NCBI GenBank assembly: GCA_051362555.1 | Contig: CM120640.1 | Coordinates: 26,336,225-26,400,224 of the forward strand | Source of the DNA: Lingula anatina | Taxonomy: Eukaryota > Animalia > Brachiopoda | Length of the DNA stretch: 64,000 bases | Direction of reading: 5' to 3' | In this document: piece after piece, positions 30,676 through 44,405 of the stretch | How positions within the stretch are numbered: position 1 is the first letter of the stretch | Layout: every line of letters begins with the position of its first letter | Notes under the pieces: model-generated | The model's database searches: none | The model's input: only the letters and a program-made list of their open reading frames with translations | What the model was told of the DNA's origin: nothing | Program-made: the position numbers and the translations under genes

Positions 30676-33600
30676 TTATTGTTGCTGAGTTAGTATTTTG
30701 AGTAAGGTCTCGTGGTCCATAGCTTGCATAGTTGCCAAGTCCATGTTGAGTGCATTGGCTATACTTGAAAGGTCTATTCCAAACTGAATTAGCAAGTCAA
30801 TGAAGTCTATTTCTTCTCCAGTGTAAGGATTTGTAAGCTTGGGACATGAGAGATTGCACTGTGGCCAACCACAGTTATCTATTAAATGATGAACACATTG
30901 ATTGCTATGATGCTGTCTGTGATGCTGTGCATGTATGTTATCTGAATCCTGCAAGAAATCCAAGGAGCGCTGAGATCTCTGGCGATCCTCTCTGTTCCTC
31001 TCTCTGTTCTTGTCTGAAATGAAAAGAGAGTCTATGTTAAATGGCATGCGTTTGAAATCCTCAAATAATAATTTTAAAAACAAAATATGTCATACTGAAA
31101 AAAGAAAAAGACTCCAAATTAAATCTGGCCAAAATGTGTCAACTGTAACAAATTATTTTGTCACTGGTAGCACATAGCAGTTCTCTCTACAAACTGTTGG
31201 CCATAATTAAAATCATGATTTTGATGAAAAAAAGACAGATCCACACCACTCAGAGAATTGTTTGTGAAAAAAATAGGATGGTAAGCCTACACACCACCTC
31301 TATAAACTTTACCTCTCTTCCTACCTTTCCTCCCACGACGTCGCCCTTTCTTGTTTTTCTTGTGCCGGCGTTTGTTTGATCTTGGGTCATCCCCTTGTAA
31401 GTTAGTCCCTTCTCCTTCAGAATTCTCTCTTGCTGACGCATCTTTCTGATCGTAGTGGTTGGCTTCACTTGTACTCTCCTCCCAGCAACGAAGGGCTTGA
31501 GGTAGACTGTGTCCAGAGATTTTGAGATTTTGCCAGTTCCTGGGATTGAAATAATAAAAATAATCATAGAACTTATTGCTATTTTATTTTCATTTAGACA
31601 AGTTGCTATTATCTGTGAAGCTAACAGCTGTAATAATAATAATAACAATAACTATATTTCTGTGTTATGAAGATTATTATTATGGAGAGGGAAATAAGAA
31701 GGCACATAGATTTATATTCTAAGGAATAAGGTTGACATTGAAACAAAGTGCTGACTTACTTTTTTGTCAGTAACTTATGAGAGTAACAAGCTGGTGCAAA
31801 TGTTGCCCTGTAAAGAAAAGAAAAATAGTTGCAATAAGCATTTTAACCTGTGAAAGCACACCTGTTTAAACAAGAAGCAAATTAGAAATTAAAACAAGAG
31901 GTGTTCCTTTTGTACTGAAGGGAGGCTGTTTGAACATGGTTTTTATTCACATTTAATTAATGTTTAAAATAGGGTCACATTATCAAGTTTTTAAAGTACT
32001 TACGAGACATTTTCAAGTGTGTTTCTGATGTCATTCCCCAAATTGTGTATGTAGTGCCACTGTTCCTTATTTACTGGCGTGCCTACGTGGTCTGCTGTGA
32101 TCTGGGCCTCATCAAACAGATACTGGATCACAAACACTGGTGCTAGAAAATGTGAAAAATATACTTGTTATACTCGAGTTCTTTTCCATAATGATATCCA
32201 CAAAAGTGCTTTGTATTGCATGATGAAAATGTGTTTCCAATGTAGCAGTTCTATAAACCTCTGATCTACATGTACACCAATTAATTTTTATTTATTAATT
32301 CTATTATAGAATTGTTATAATGCAGACAGCCTATAAAAAGTCTTTTCATAACCAACACCAAATTGATACAACTTATGTCTTTTTACATGATAAAGAGTAA
32401 TTTAGTCTTTGATTTGACTTATTTATAGTAAAAGGAACCAAAATATGGTGTCTATTAAATGAATCTGCATAAAAGCACTGTCTAAAAGCAAAATCTTTTG
32501 TGTCAGCAGTTTCAAATCTTAACTGTTCACATAGCTGTTACGTGATAAGCTATTCACTTACTGTTGAGGGTGGGGTAGATATTGTAGCCAAAGTAACAGC
32601 TCCATTGCTGGTTTCCAGGAAATGATTCCTTGCAGGCCTGAGGAACTTTGCCTCCCCAATGACTGAAAGTGAAACAGCCAGCATTACTTTCTTTCAGACA
32701 TGAGACACATAAGAGAAGATCAATTTTATGTAGACAATTACCTTGAGAAATGTTTTGGGTGTTTATGCATACCATAGTTTTGTCTGTGTTTTGGCCTGGA
32801 GCTAATATTCTCTAAAAGATACAAGAAAAATACCGTTTTTTCAGATATTTTGTTTGAGTGACTTTGGCGATGTGGATATTTTTAAAAAATGAAATACTGA
32901 AAGTTTGGCATACTTACAATATTCCTCTTTTGATGGCCTCTGTAGGAGAACATATATGTGAATATTCTGTACAGGCTGCTACTTTGAATGGCTCATTGTC
33001 CAAAAACCACCCAGAATCTGCAATGCCTCGTACTTCAATATTAGGCGCTTTTTGATGGACCAAGTCAGCCACACTGTCTAAGTTAAGAAGAACACCTGTT
33101 CCACCAGCACTGAAATAATGAGTGTTCTATAAACAGATCTTTTATATATAATTTTTATTATTGCTAGCTTTTTAGATACAGACACTGTATATGTACACTT
33201 GTATTTTGATCACTGTGTTGTCATCATCACTTTCCAACACATCTGTTGTTCAGCCTGTAACTGCTACCAATTTTTTTTAAATGTTGCAATATAAGTGAAT
33301 TTTTTATTTTTAGTGTCTGTATATTGGCAAGCTTTTCTGTCTAGTTTTTACACATAATTAAGTAAGTATCTGAATATATTTTAAATGGTTTTGAACATTA
33401 TTACAGCCCTTAACATACTGTTTGATCCAAAATTATGTTTTTGTGTTTTATTTCAAATTCACTGTCAAGTTTTGATGGGCAAAAATGGAGGAAAGTATAA
33501 ATAAATATGTATAATCAGATTATTTTGGAAAAATTTATCATGTGTTGCATTACTAGCAGGTGTTTGTGTATTTTTTAGCACCGTAACTGCCTATATTTCT

Positions 33601-36600
33601 GTTTCAGTTAAAATTAACTAGGAGATTCTTTACATATGAAATGAAGAATGAGTTCTAAAGGAAAGTAATTAAGCTAAGATGGAGAAATCTCTTTAGCTAA
33701 AATAAAAGTATCTTAATTTTCCTGGAAATTTCGGCAATATCTCCATGAACAACTTTTGGTCCATATATTAATACATTCACTCAGGACATCACAATAGATT
33801 TATGTTTATAAAAATGTTAAAAGATCAGAGCCTTTCCCTAAGATCTGGGCCAGTGTTATCATTGCAGTGTGTTCTACATCATCTTAATGATTGCAGTTTA
33901 TCCTCCACACTTCAGGAGACTGCTTTAGTTTAACACTGATGTTTCCTGGCCAGCAGGATGCCAGCCTATCACAGGGCCACAACATTTGAGTAAGGTACCA
34001 TTTTAGCAGCACATTTCCTGTAAAGCTGTTAAAATAGACCCACTCATCTGATGACCTTTATCATTTTATGATAATCTAGGCCAAACCTTTCATTACAAAA
34101 AGGAAGCTCCCAATTTGGTACGTCACTCAGTGTACCTTGATGTTTTAGTTCTTTATCAGAGCAGTGATCTGTGTTCAAAAACTCTAGCGCCTTGTGATTT
34201 TCGGTATCAGGAAATCATAGTTGTAGGCTTGATCAATAAAGAGGAAAAGAAAAAAAAACAAGTTTCCCCCAGCTTGATTTTTTTTTTTCTTCCAATGAAG
34301 GAGATAATGTCTTATTGGCTGTTGCTTTGACTGTGTCTATTGGTTAGCTAACCTCAAAAATTTCTTTACTTTTTTATGAAAAATGAAGGAAAAAAGTAAT
34401 TACAATTAAATATGTAATCTATTTGGTATTCTTTATGTTTTCCCATGGCTCACTAGGTTTTTGTATGAGTAATAGGATAATGGACCACTCTTCACTATTT
34501 CAAAATTACTAAATAAGATTTTGAGATAGGACATTAGAGCAGTTTACAAGATTTTAAAGAGATTTAAAGTAGCAGACAGATTTAGTTTGCATGTCTTCTG
34601 TTTAGATTAATAGAATTTTTTTATCTTTTAAAACATGCTTTGATAAAATCTTATGCACATTTCTGTTCATAAAAATTGACATACATCAGGGCAAATTCTA
34701 TCTTGGACAAGCAATGGCCTCACAAATGGGTGACCTTTCAGATCTCTTCCAAATTTACCACAATTTCTTTATATCCTGTGAGTAAAGTAAGCTAAATTGG
34801 CTCTGCACCATTTGTATATAGACAAGTGTGCTTTCTTTAAACAATATTGGCTCTTACCTGGACCCTGCTAAGTACAGTTTATTGCCGTCACTCAGACCAT
34901 CAGACATATTCAGCAAATCTTTTATCACCTCCTGGACTATTAGGGAGCCTAAGAAAGAAAATTCTCCTGAAATGAAAAATTCATATTTTGAATAATCTTA
35001 ATTGGTGTTTTTGGATTTTTGTGCTTTATCTATAAACTGTTTGTGCTTCCATTCAAGCATATATGTATGCTTGTTCTATATACAAAAGATGTATATTCTA
35101 TTGAAGTGCTAAAAGAAAATTAATGTATTTCATGCTTCTATTAATATCTTAAAGATTATGTAGTTTCCAAGCCTGTACAAAAGTCAGTGACCATATGCAT
35201 GCTCTTATGATGTTTCCAGAGCCAAGTTATTTTACTTGTATGTAAATAGAATTTATTAATGTGTCTGAAGCTAATCTATCGAGGAAGCATGTAGTAAATT
35301 CATGGTTATTGCCAGCTGTTTTAATGTACATGATGCTATTCAACATTCTATACTTGTTGTGGGTGTTGAGACTGTGCTGCATCTCATTTAACCTTGTTTA
35401 TTGTTATGGTTAAATTTTGGGCAATTTTTGAAATTATTTACCATTCATTGATCAAAATGTGATAACAAAGGTAGGATTATGATAAGAAAAATTATTGTAG
35501 AATTTTTGGAATTGAATGTGAACAATAGCGATGGGCTTTTGTTGATGAGCTCTGTTTCTTAAAATTACTTGAGCAGTCAAATGTTAACTTTTTTTTTTTT
35601 TTTGTAATTTAAACAATTTACAATCTAAGCACAAATGTTAATATCAGATATGATGTTGATATCCTGATGAAATTCAGATATGGACCTTAAAACAAGATTC
35701 TGATGAGCCTGTGCTGTCCAAAATTGGAGTCATTTCTTTTATAAGATCTTTATTTACTACTGTAACCTATTAGGCAGCAATTTGATAATGTCAGTTGCAA
35801 TTGGGTGGTCCATAACATCAGATTAACAGAAAGAACCTCACATAATTTGAACATTTACATGTTCACTTAATCGCAGGTTTTAAAAATTATGATTAGCTTG
35901 AAGCCATAATATCACACAAATGTCTGGCTATTTAGATTTTTTGTAGTTTATAGGTTGTGTTGATAATTTTTTTCTGTATTTAATCCCCTTTATTATCAAT
36001 GCCACAGCACTAGTCTAAGTCTTAACTTCTTACCATTATTAATAAAGATTGTCTTTCTCTCTCACTTTTTTTGCCAAAAAGATAAATTGCAAGAAAGTGT
36101 TTACACACAATTTATCTTTTTGATGATGCATCTTTTTTATTAAAACAATTGATATATTACATGTTGCCTGCATGCAGTTTCCCTACAAAATTCATAGATT
36201 GAAAAAAAAAAAAAGAATTTCATTGGTCTCTGTATTCCACCCACAACCGTAGACACCTCCCTACTGAGGCATAGCTGTTCTGACAGATTTTAATAACACT
36301 TTGAAAGCAGGAGACCAATGTCCCCCCGAACAACTCTTGTCTTTGACAAACTAAGTAGGCGTCTATTGTTCATCAACAATGTTGGCAGACGAAAAAAATA
36401 ATTCAAGTGGGAAGAGATGAATGCCTTTTCAACCAGGCCAGTAATGCTAGGTTATTACTATTTTTCCTTTAAAAGTTTCTTTTGATGATAGACATATCTT
36501 GCCTATCTCCACCTATTATCTTTTACAAATCTCTTCTGTTATCCTATTTATCATGTCATGTATCTCCTATCTTTTCAGATCTTTTCAGTAATAAATGGAG

Positions 36601-39600
36601 ACGTGAAGCAAGCGCATTGTAAAGTAGCTGGTAGTGGAAGTTGTAGCTACATGGTAACATGGTTGTTACACACCAAAGCAATCCCATTTTGTACAGCTGA
36701 CAGAACATCAAGGGGACATTAAGCAATTCTGAAATGTGCATTAAATTTGAATTGTGTTTAGATGCTTAAAATATACTAGCTCTAAATATATACATTTATG
36801 CATTGTAACTTAGTATAACTACTATATCCAGCTTCGGTTAACTTTCTTTTTTTCCTTCTGTGGCCCAATGAGAAATTGGTGTTTCTGTACCGTAAGTTAA
36901 TCATAGCATGTAAGATAACATCAGGGTGTGTTCACGGAGTTTAAGAGGGTAATGAAGGACAAAAATTTTATAGCTTTAGTCTGGTAGCTGCATCCTATTA
37001 TCGAACCACAGATTATTGGAGACATAAGGTCCCTCATGGGTTTGTAGGAAACCTGGATTGTCGCACAGCAGGCACTGAGGGTATGGTCAAACACATAATG
37101 GATATCACACCAATATTAACACTGTTTTTGCCACATGAAACATTCCTTAAAGGACAATTATGGTGTTAGGGATGGATGAATGATGAAAGGAATAGTTTTA
37201 AGCAAAAAAAATAACTGGGCATGTTGCTGTTCTGGTGGTTGAGGGGATTTTTTTTCTAGTCATTATTTAAATATTTTAAAGAAATATTTTTATGTGTATA
37301 TGCTTTAACCAAAAAAGTTGTTGATGATATTGTGCCACCCTTTTCCTCTAGTTAAGGAGGCTTCATTAGAACACAATTTCACCTTAGTTACTATAATTTT
37401 TAGTCTTGGTCATGTATGCTCCAGTGTGAATGGGGAGTATGAAAACACTACCATACTTGTTATTGCACTTACCTTTACCACTGGCCATTTTGTGCCCACT
37501 CCATGAGTCACTGGAGCAGTAAGGAACATACCTGATAATGAAAAATTCAAATTAAATTTGACATTTAACATTAATTGTAGCAATAAATGTTGCAATGATT
37601 CTTTCTAATGGATAAGTAAGAATAATTATTTGTAACATATAATTAACTTTACTTGATTTATGAAGAATAAACCATGGCTGCTATTTTTTGCTCGGGTTAT
37701 TTTTGTTTGATTTAAACACATGCTTATGACATAACTGTACTATTAACTGAGTATGTAAATTATTATCAAAGCTGTGGAGAAGCAACTTACACAATGTTAG
37801 CGTGGTAAAAATATGGATTCTCTTCCGGGTGCCATGAAAGAATCCCAGTTCCTGCAAGAAAATTTGAGGAAAAAATCATCACATTTTTATGAAAATATTT
37901 GAACAAAATAAAAGCTCAATACAAAAACTTATTTTCTTTCTAAAAGAGTTTCAACAGAAATGACTTTGCTGTAGTAAATAATTAATATAAAAAACCTTGA
38001 AAACATACTTTCAGAATAAATTTTCATTTTTATTTCTGCTTTGAATTATTATTATTTCAAGAAATTATTGCAATTGGACAATAATGTATTATGAAAAAAG
38101 AAGGTTACCTTCTTTTGTTTCTGGCCATTCATTAGAGCTCATCAATTTTCTGCTATTTAACCAGCGTCCGTGACAGCTAAGTTGGTCAAAGCAGTAGCCC
38201 CCTCCCTCGAGGTACACGATCCAGCGCTTACTTCCGTAAGACTGGCGGATGTAGTAACTGAAAACATTGATTGTACGTGATGTAACGAGGTATCAATAGG
38301 ATCGCTAATGAGCATGCTCAAATGGAATGGAAGATGAAAATTGCGTAGTTGGATTTTTTTCCTCATTCTTGAATGATCTTTCACTTCAAAAGAATGAGAT
38401 ACAAATGTGCTCATAAACCCTTGGCTTTGAAAGGTGTTGGAAAGTTTTTCAAAGAGTCAGATGTTTTTTCCTTGAAGCATTCTGCAACATGAATTCGTGG
38501 AGGTTCTCTCAAGCTTCTTCGATTATAATACACTTACACATTTACACCGGGACCCAAAGCCCTCCCCTTCCACGTCCAAACCTTATTTAGAAAGAAACCT
38601 GAAGTGCTTTACGACTTGACAACAAAGGCAGCAAAGCCGGTGGATGGGCATAAATTCAGTGTGTGACGGAGACCCCACTTAACTTGTTCAGCAATAATAA
38701 TAAACAGTAAATAAAAATAGCACTTCTAATTTGACGGTGCTCAATTTCAAGGAAAAGGTCCGCTCAAATGGCGTTCATAGTTTTCTGAACTTTGTGTTAA
38801 TTTTCAAGTTTCTTTTTATCTTCTCTTGTTTGTTTTTTTTTTCCCAGAAAGCCAAGAGTAGTTCTATATGCGTTGCCTGCTGGGGGACAAGTCTTCATTT
38901 AACCCTATATTAAACTTTGATGGGAGATCTGCTACCAAAAGTTTCGTATGTAGTCTAACCGTCCCGTGCATCGACTTTAAAATAATGAGCTGAAACTTTC
39001 GCCCAGATGTATTTTTTTTGGAACCCACCCACTTTACCGGTGCATTTCGCTGGTTATCACAATAACAAAATATCTCTTTCAGTGTACTGAGTGAGCGCAT
39101 TTTGTTCTCGTAAACGTCTAATTCATAATAATTATAATTCAAACTTTGCATTTGCTTTTAGAGAAACGGGATCAAACAACATGTTTCCGTGTACTTTTTA
39201 CTGTAATTTTTACTTTTTACTATATGGATGAAAAAGTTATACTCAAATGCCCTTTTGGTGCACCTCTCGTGTTCCCTGAGTTTACACTCTGAACTACATT
39301 TAAATGAACCAGTTATAAGCATATTTGGGGTCTAGGCTTACTTCCTATGTCAACAACATATGATTCGCCTTTTCATTTTTTTACATGTCCAAAGCTGTTA
39401 TAACCTATATCGGCGCTTTCTCTACTTGAAATGAAGTAAAAGAAAATTTATCTTGGCCCAAAAAAATTATTAATTCAATATTACATTTCCGTTTTGCTGA
39501 AACGTCTTGTCTTTTGTCTTGTCAGATCTGTAATCCACTACAAAATATTGCAACTGCTATTTGTATTTTTCTTAATGGAGACGTACTAAGTTCTTAACCG

Positions 39601-42600
39601 AAAAGCATTACATTACGGCGAAGGGTACGTCGTGCGCTCGCGTCTCTACATGAGTTCACAGGTGGAATCCGACGGCGGAGACGGCAAACATGCGGACATG
39701 CTGTGAGAACGGGACACGATTCCCTTTCATACATGGCCCGCAAATCCTTTCCTCGGGGCAAATGAACTTTTTGTCAAAAAAAAAAAAAAAAAAACTTGTG
39801 TCAGTTACTTGTAATTTAAAACATTTTGAGCCCCTCAAAAATTTGTTTTCATATTAAGTGGGAAATATGACTGTATTCATTTCCCTTAAAATGTAAGTGT
39901 AACAACAATGTAAGACACGTATAAAAGAGCGCAAAAAGTTATTTAGCGCAAATTTTCAAAATAGAGAGCCCCATTTTCCAGATTTCATGACTAAAAATGT
40001 GTATTTAAAAGTAGAAAAAAGTTCTCCCCGAAGCCTTGCAGCAACACGTGGATGACCTGAGTGACTTGCCATTTCCACCTGGTTTTTCAATAGTGCACAT
40101 GGGCCGCAGATGAGGATGTTACCAACTTAACAAGGTAAACGTTTCTCCGATTAAATCAATATCTTGTTAAAATATTTTTCACGTTCCGAGAATTCTTGTA
40201 CGTTATGTTTGCAAATTAGTCTCGGATCAAAGAGATGCGTCCCGGGGTAGAGTAGGCTGCGCACAACGAAACTGTAATTTAACATCTCGGTCAACAAAGA
40301 ATATATAATATAACAGATTGGAATCCTAACTTTATTCGACGGTACCAAATATTTCATCTTATTAGCTCCTCTAATATGTTCCACTATGTCCTTTATCAAG
40401 ACCGACATAGCGTTCGATCATCATCAGTCGACCCTTATCCCGAACGTGCTTTTTTGCTTAAAATTTGCCAAACACCATTTTGATTGATCTTCAATAGGTT
40501 GGACAGGTTAATGTAGTTCAACGACGGATTACAAAAGATAAAGTATGGAGGAATTCAGGTGTTAGTGGTTTTCGTTCGCGTTTCCGCAGGGCGTCCGGAA
40601 GCACGAGCAAAAAAACAAACAGACAAGTCAAACAGCGTCCCCCCACAATGATGTATCTAGACCAACACGTGTGATATCAGCAACAGGTTTTCCAGAACGA
40701 TAAAAAGATTTCGAGGATATACGTATGTTTGTGTATGCCACTGTGTGTGTGTGTGTGTGTGTGTACACCATGGATTTCCCCTTCATAAGTTTTCAAGGGT
40801 GTTCTACTAATATATATATATATATATATGTACAAGTTTGTATAACATTATATTTAATTAATTAATACATTTTTATGCTGTGTAGCTGCTATTTTTACAA
40901 GTTACTGTGCTGAAAAAAAACACGTCTGCGGGGAGTTCTGATAGAGCACGAAGTTTGCGAGAAGCACAATCAGCGCACGCACCATGCAGTTTTGCAAGAT
41001 TGTGGATTTTCATTTAATCAAAATACTAACATCCCTTTTCCACTTTCATTGGTATGCACACTCTGTGATGGATACACTGTACCACACACAAGGTTTCCAC
41101 CCACTTGGGTTCTACCAGCGTTTTAATGGTTCAAGACTGTTTGAACAAGTGGCAGTGGTTACTTGTTTGATTTCACTAGCCTGGTCTTTTTTGCCTTTTC
41201 TCTGATCTTTTTCTTTCGACACGCCTGATACTAGACCAAAACCAACAAGTAAAAAAAGATTCATACGCAGACCGATTAAATTCATTTATTTTTATAGTTC
41301 ATTCATCAAATCACCGTTGGATGCCTCGGTTTAGCAGGAGAAAGGTTAAGCACACCATTATTACCTAGTGCGACATGCGTCCTTTGATTTACGTCTAGTT
41401 TTACAATGACTTTTCACCTAGTTGTTTAGCCTTTGTTGAATGGAAAAAATAAGCATTGTAAACAATAGATAGATTGTTTTGATATATAACGTTTTCACTG
41501 AATATGAGAAACATCGGTCCCGAAAGATCAATGTAGTTTTATAAGGTTCGCTGGCAATGTGAAAATCCACTACTAAAAAGACAAAATACCCTCGATGTGC
41601 CTAAGAAAAGACCTATGACTACGTCAAAAATGTCTGTATGAGAGGAAATCTTTTCAAATTACACAAGACGAAATCCACTAAATGTTCATTGTTTTCTGTC
41701 AACATTGTTTTCTTTCATAAGCAATGTGTAGAGTATGGGCGGCCAAAATGAGGAGGTGCGATTCGTTTAACGCAACAAGTTCAAAATTTCGAGGTGACCA
41801 TTTGTCGCCTTTCGCCAATGCCACACCCAAGGTGCGTTTTTCACAATGGTGGGACATTTGGTTGACCACATTGTGACTGTGATTCTCTGTTAACCACAAA
41901 CACGTGTTAAAAACACCTACTGGAATAAATGTTTTTTGTACATCCGCATTTCTCAAAAACCAATTCAGGTTAAAAGAAGGGTAATATTCTAACTCAAGAC
42001 GAGAGAAAAAAATTAATGATCAGTTTGGCTTTCACCAACGTAACATCCCAAAGAAAATAGTCTGTGCAGTGTACGTAATAGAGTACAATGAATGAATTAT
42101 CTAAAAGCAGATTTTTCATTAAATGTAATCCACTAAATCACTCTTCATTTTTTTAAGCACCATTAAAAGGGCGTTGTTAATCAGTTGATTGTGTGAAAAG
42201 CGCGTTTGTTCTGTTTTGCAGCAATGTGCTGGCAATGGCGGGTGCTCTGTTAAATGGTTTTGCCACATTCCCCGCTGAACTTCAAAAAGCTCGACCAGCT
42301 GCGTGCTAATTGCTCTTACAGACAGCGAATGGTGAAGTAGTATAGGAGGGTAAATTGCCATACAAGTGCGAACCGTTTCTTCCTTGATTTGTTTTATTGA
42401 ATAAAGCGATGCAACATCAACTGGAACGTTGAATAATAAAACAACATTGCGGAATGGGATAATAAAGGTTTGATCTATGGCGAACATATCGCAATAGGTG
42501 CACATTTCGTGAGATGATTAGTGCGGGCAATTGTACAACATTTACTGTTTGGAAAACATACCGGGAGTGCCCATTGCGTGTCACAAACAACACATCAATG

Positions 42601-44079
42601 TTTCTCTGGAAAAACGGCTAAAAGCCAAAGAAAACACGATAGTTATTTGTCATCTGTTTGGATTTCGAAAAGAAATATTATTCTTTCACTTCAAATGAGT
42701 TTTTAATTCATTAATCAAAACTTTTGAGTCACAGACATCAAAGAAGAGAGGCGAAACCTGGAGCATTTAGCAGAATACGCAGGCGGGCCCCACTCTGCTC
42801 GCCTGCCCATGCAGTCAAGTGCTGGCCTGATTGCTAGAATGTTGACTCAACAAAAACAGTCACTTTGAATCACTTCCATTGTTTGTTATACATACTTAAC
42901 TATCTATTTACTTTTGATTTAACAAGAAAAATCAAAGTTCGATGCGACAATAGATTTTAGTGACACTAAATTTGTTTTAGATGATCTATTTGCGCCTTCT
43001 TTTTGTGCACTATTTTTTCTCCTAACTTTCCCTTAAGATTTAATCTCGAGTGCCTTATTGGCTTTTGCGTTACTTCAATTAAATCAAAAGAATGCCGCTC
43101 TGTGGAACACCGGTAGTCCGGTTCTACGCTTGATTTACTTCTTTTTCTGCTTACCTAGATTTATTTCCTTTTCAGTCGATGTTCACAAAGCATTTGTACG
43201 GGTAGAATAACTCAAAGAAACCCGAAATGGATGTCGTTTGTCATAAATACGAACCTATCTCAGCTGTTGGCCAAACTAAGACAGTTCCAGCATGTCGATG
43301 TAATAAAATTAAGACAGAGAACAAAGTGTAGATGCCCAGGTAAAAAGAGTGAATCAGAACATAACTGATAATATATGAGTACTACACACAGCGTTCCAGC
43401 TGTAGAAATGCATGCACATTTTTTTTTTTTAATTATAACACGAATTCCTCAGCATTGTTTTTGATAAGTTTGTTGTCGCTTCCGTCTTCCTGCCAACGCA
43501 GTCGAATAGTTTAATAAAATATGTGAGAATGTTAACTCCACACAGTATGAGCCTATTTTCTTTTATATATCCGACCGTTGGTGCAAGTTCCTTACACATA
43601 GAGTTTTCTCCATTTATCAGTCATTCTCGTATTATTTCATTACCTACATTTCTCATTTGGAAACACGCAAACTATTTTATATACATGTAGTTCAGCGCAC
43701 ACATACCCAAATAATTTCCCTTTTCAAGTGATAGAAATGAATAAACGGCGCCTAATGTCTTATCACAATGAAGATTCACAGTTTTAGAGACAAATGTGTT
43801 TTACAACCGCATCACTACTTACCCTGCCGGTGAACCGTCATTGCAAGTGACGGTTCGATTTGTGAGGAAATGTCGTTTAAGTCGAGGGATCTCTTTAATT
43901 CCACATCCATGCAGTCCCCCGGCAAGATCTTGGATCATTTTGATAACCTTGGCTGGGTCTCCATACTTGGACAACTCCTCTAGATGCAACACAATGTCCG
44001 TATTTGCACGTTGATCGTCTACTGGAAAAGTGACTGTCCCCGTCGTCAGGATCGCACCAACTATAAAACTCAACCACAT
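30676..44079 (-). CDS. NOTUM: Palmitoleoyl-protein carboxylesterase Notum (secreted Wnt deacylase), 555-559 aa
   Basis: Exons 44079-43823, 38257-38109, 37851-37791, 37531-37473, 34966-34858, 33109-32918, 32662-32562, 32142-32004, 31807-31760, 31539-31313 (or 31325), 31013-30676; all GT-AG and phase-consistent. Signal peptide MWLSFIVGAILTTGTVT; motifs TVTCNDGSPAGYY, YVPYCSSDSWSG, nucleophile elbow AGSSAGG, DSGWFLD, FDEAQ (Asp), PACYSH (His) and the C-terminal WPQCNLSCPKLTNPYTGEE. Confidence 0.96.
40742..40829. repeat. (TG)n and (TA)n microsatellites in Notum intron 1
   Basis: Visible directly at about 40742-40764 and 40811-40829. Confidence 0.9.
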
Positions 44080-44205
44080 GGTTCGTCTGGAAAATAAAAA
44101 GTCTATTTTTCTCTCGTTGTACTCGATTATCTTGCAGCTAGATCTGGACGCGGCGAGCGATAGCCTCTACGGGGCCTTATTTATTTATTGAGTTTTTATC
44201 CGGGG

Positions 44206-44405
44206 TTTTTATACGCTGGGGCTCTTATGGACGAGTATTGGTCTCCCACACAAGAGGGCAGATGAGTCAAGCAATGTTCCGATCCTTTCTGAAAGCCCGT
44301 ATCTGGTAAAACAATCAGGTGGTCCAGCCTTACAGCGAAAACTGCCTCGGAACCCTTGGGTTGACTTCTGAGATACCGGGAGGTCATATTGACCAATAGG
44401 AAGTG
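44206..44405 (-). promoter_or_regulatory. Candidate Notum core promoter
   Basis: TATAAAAA on - at 44213-44206, about 130 bp upstream of the ATG; CCAAT at 44393 next to an Ets-like AGGAAGTG; CpG-rich. An acceptor-like ttttccAG 7 nt before the ATG means an upstream non-coding exon is also possible. Confidence 0.45.

Noticed and set aside
31250-31648. 132-aa ORF with a hydrophobic start and basic body
   Set aside because: Alternate frame over Notum exon 10 plus intron; the poly-Leu start comes from a (TTA)n tract.
42119-42505. 128-aa ORF in Notum intron 1
   Set aside because: No recognisable domain or phase-compatible splice sites noticed; Notum exons 1 and 2 join without it.
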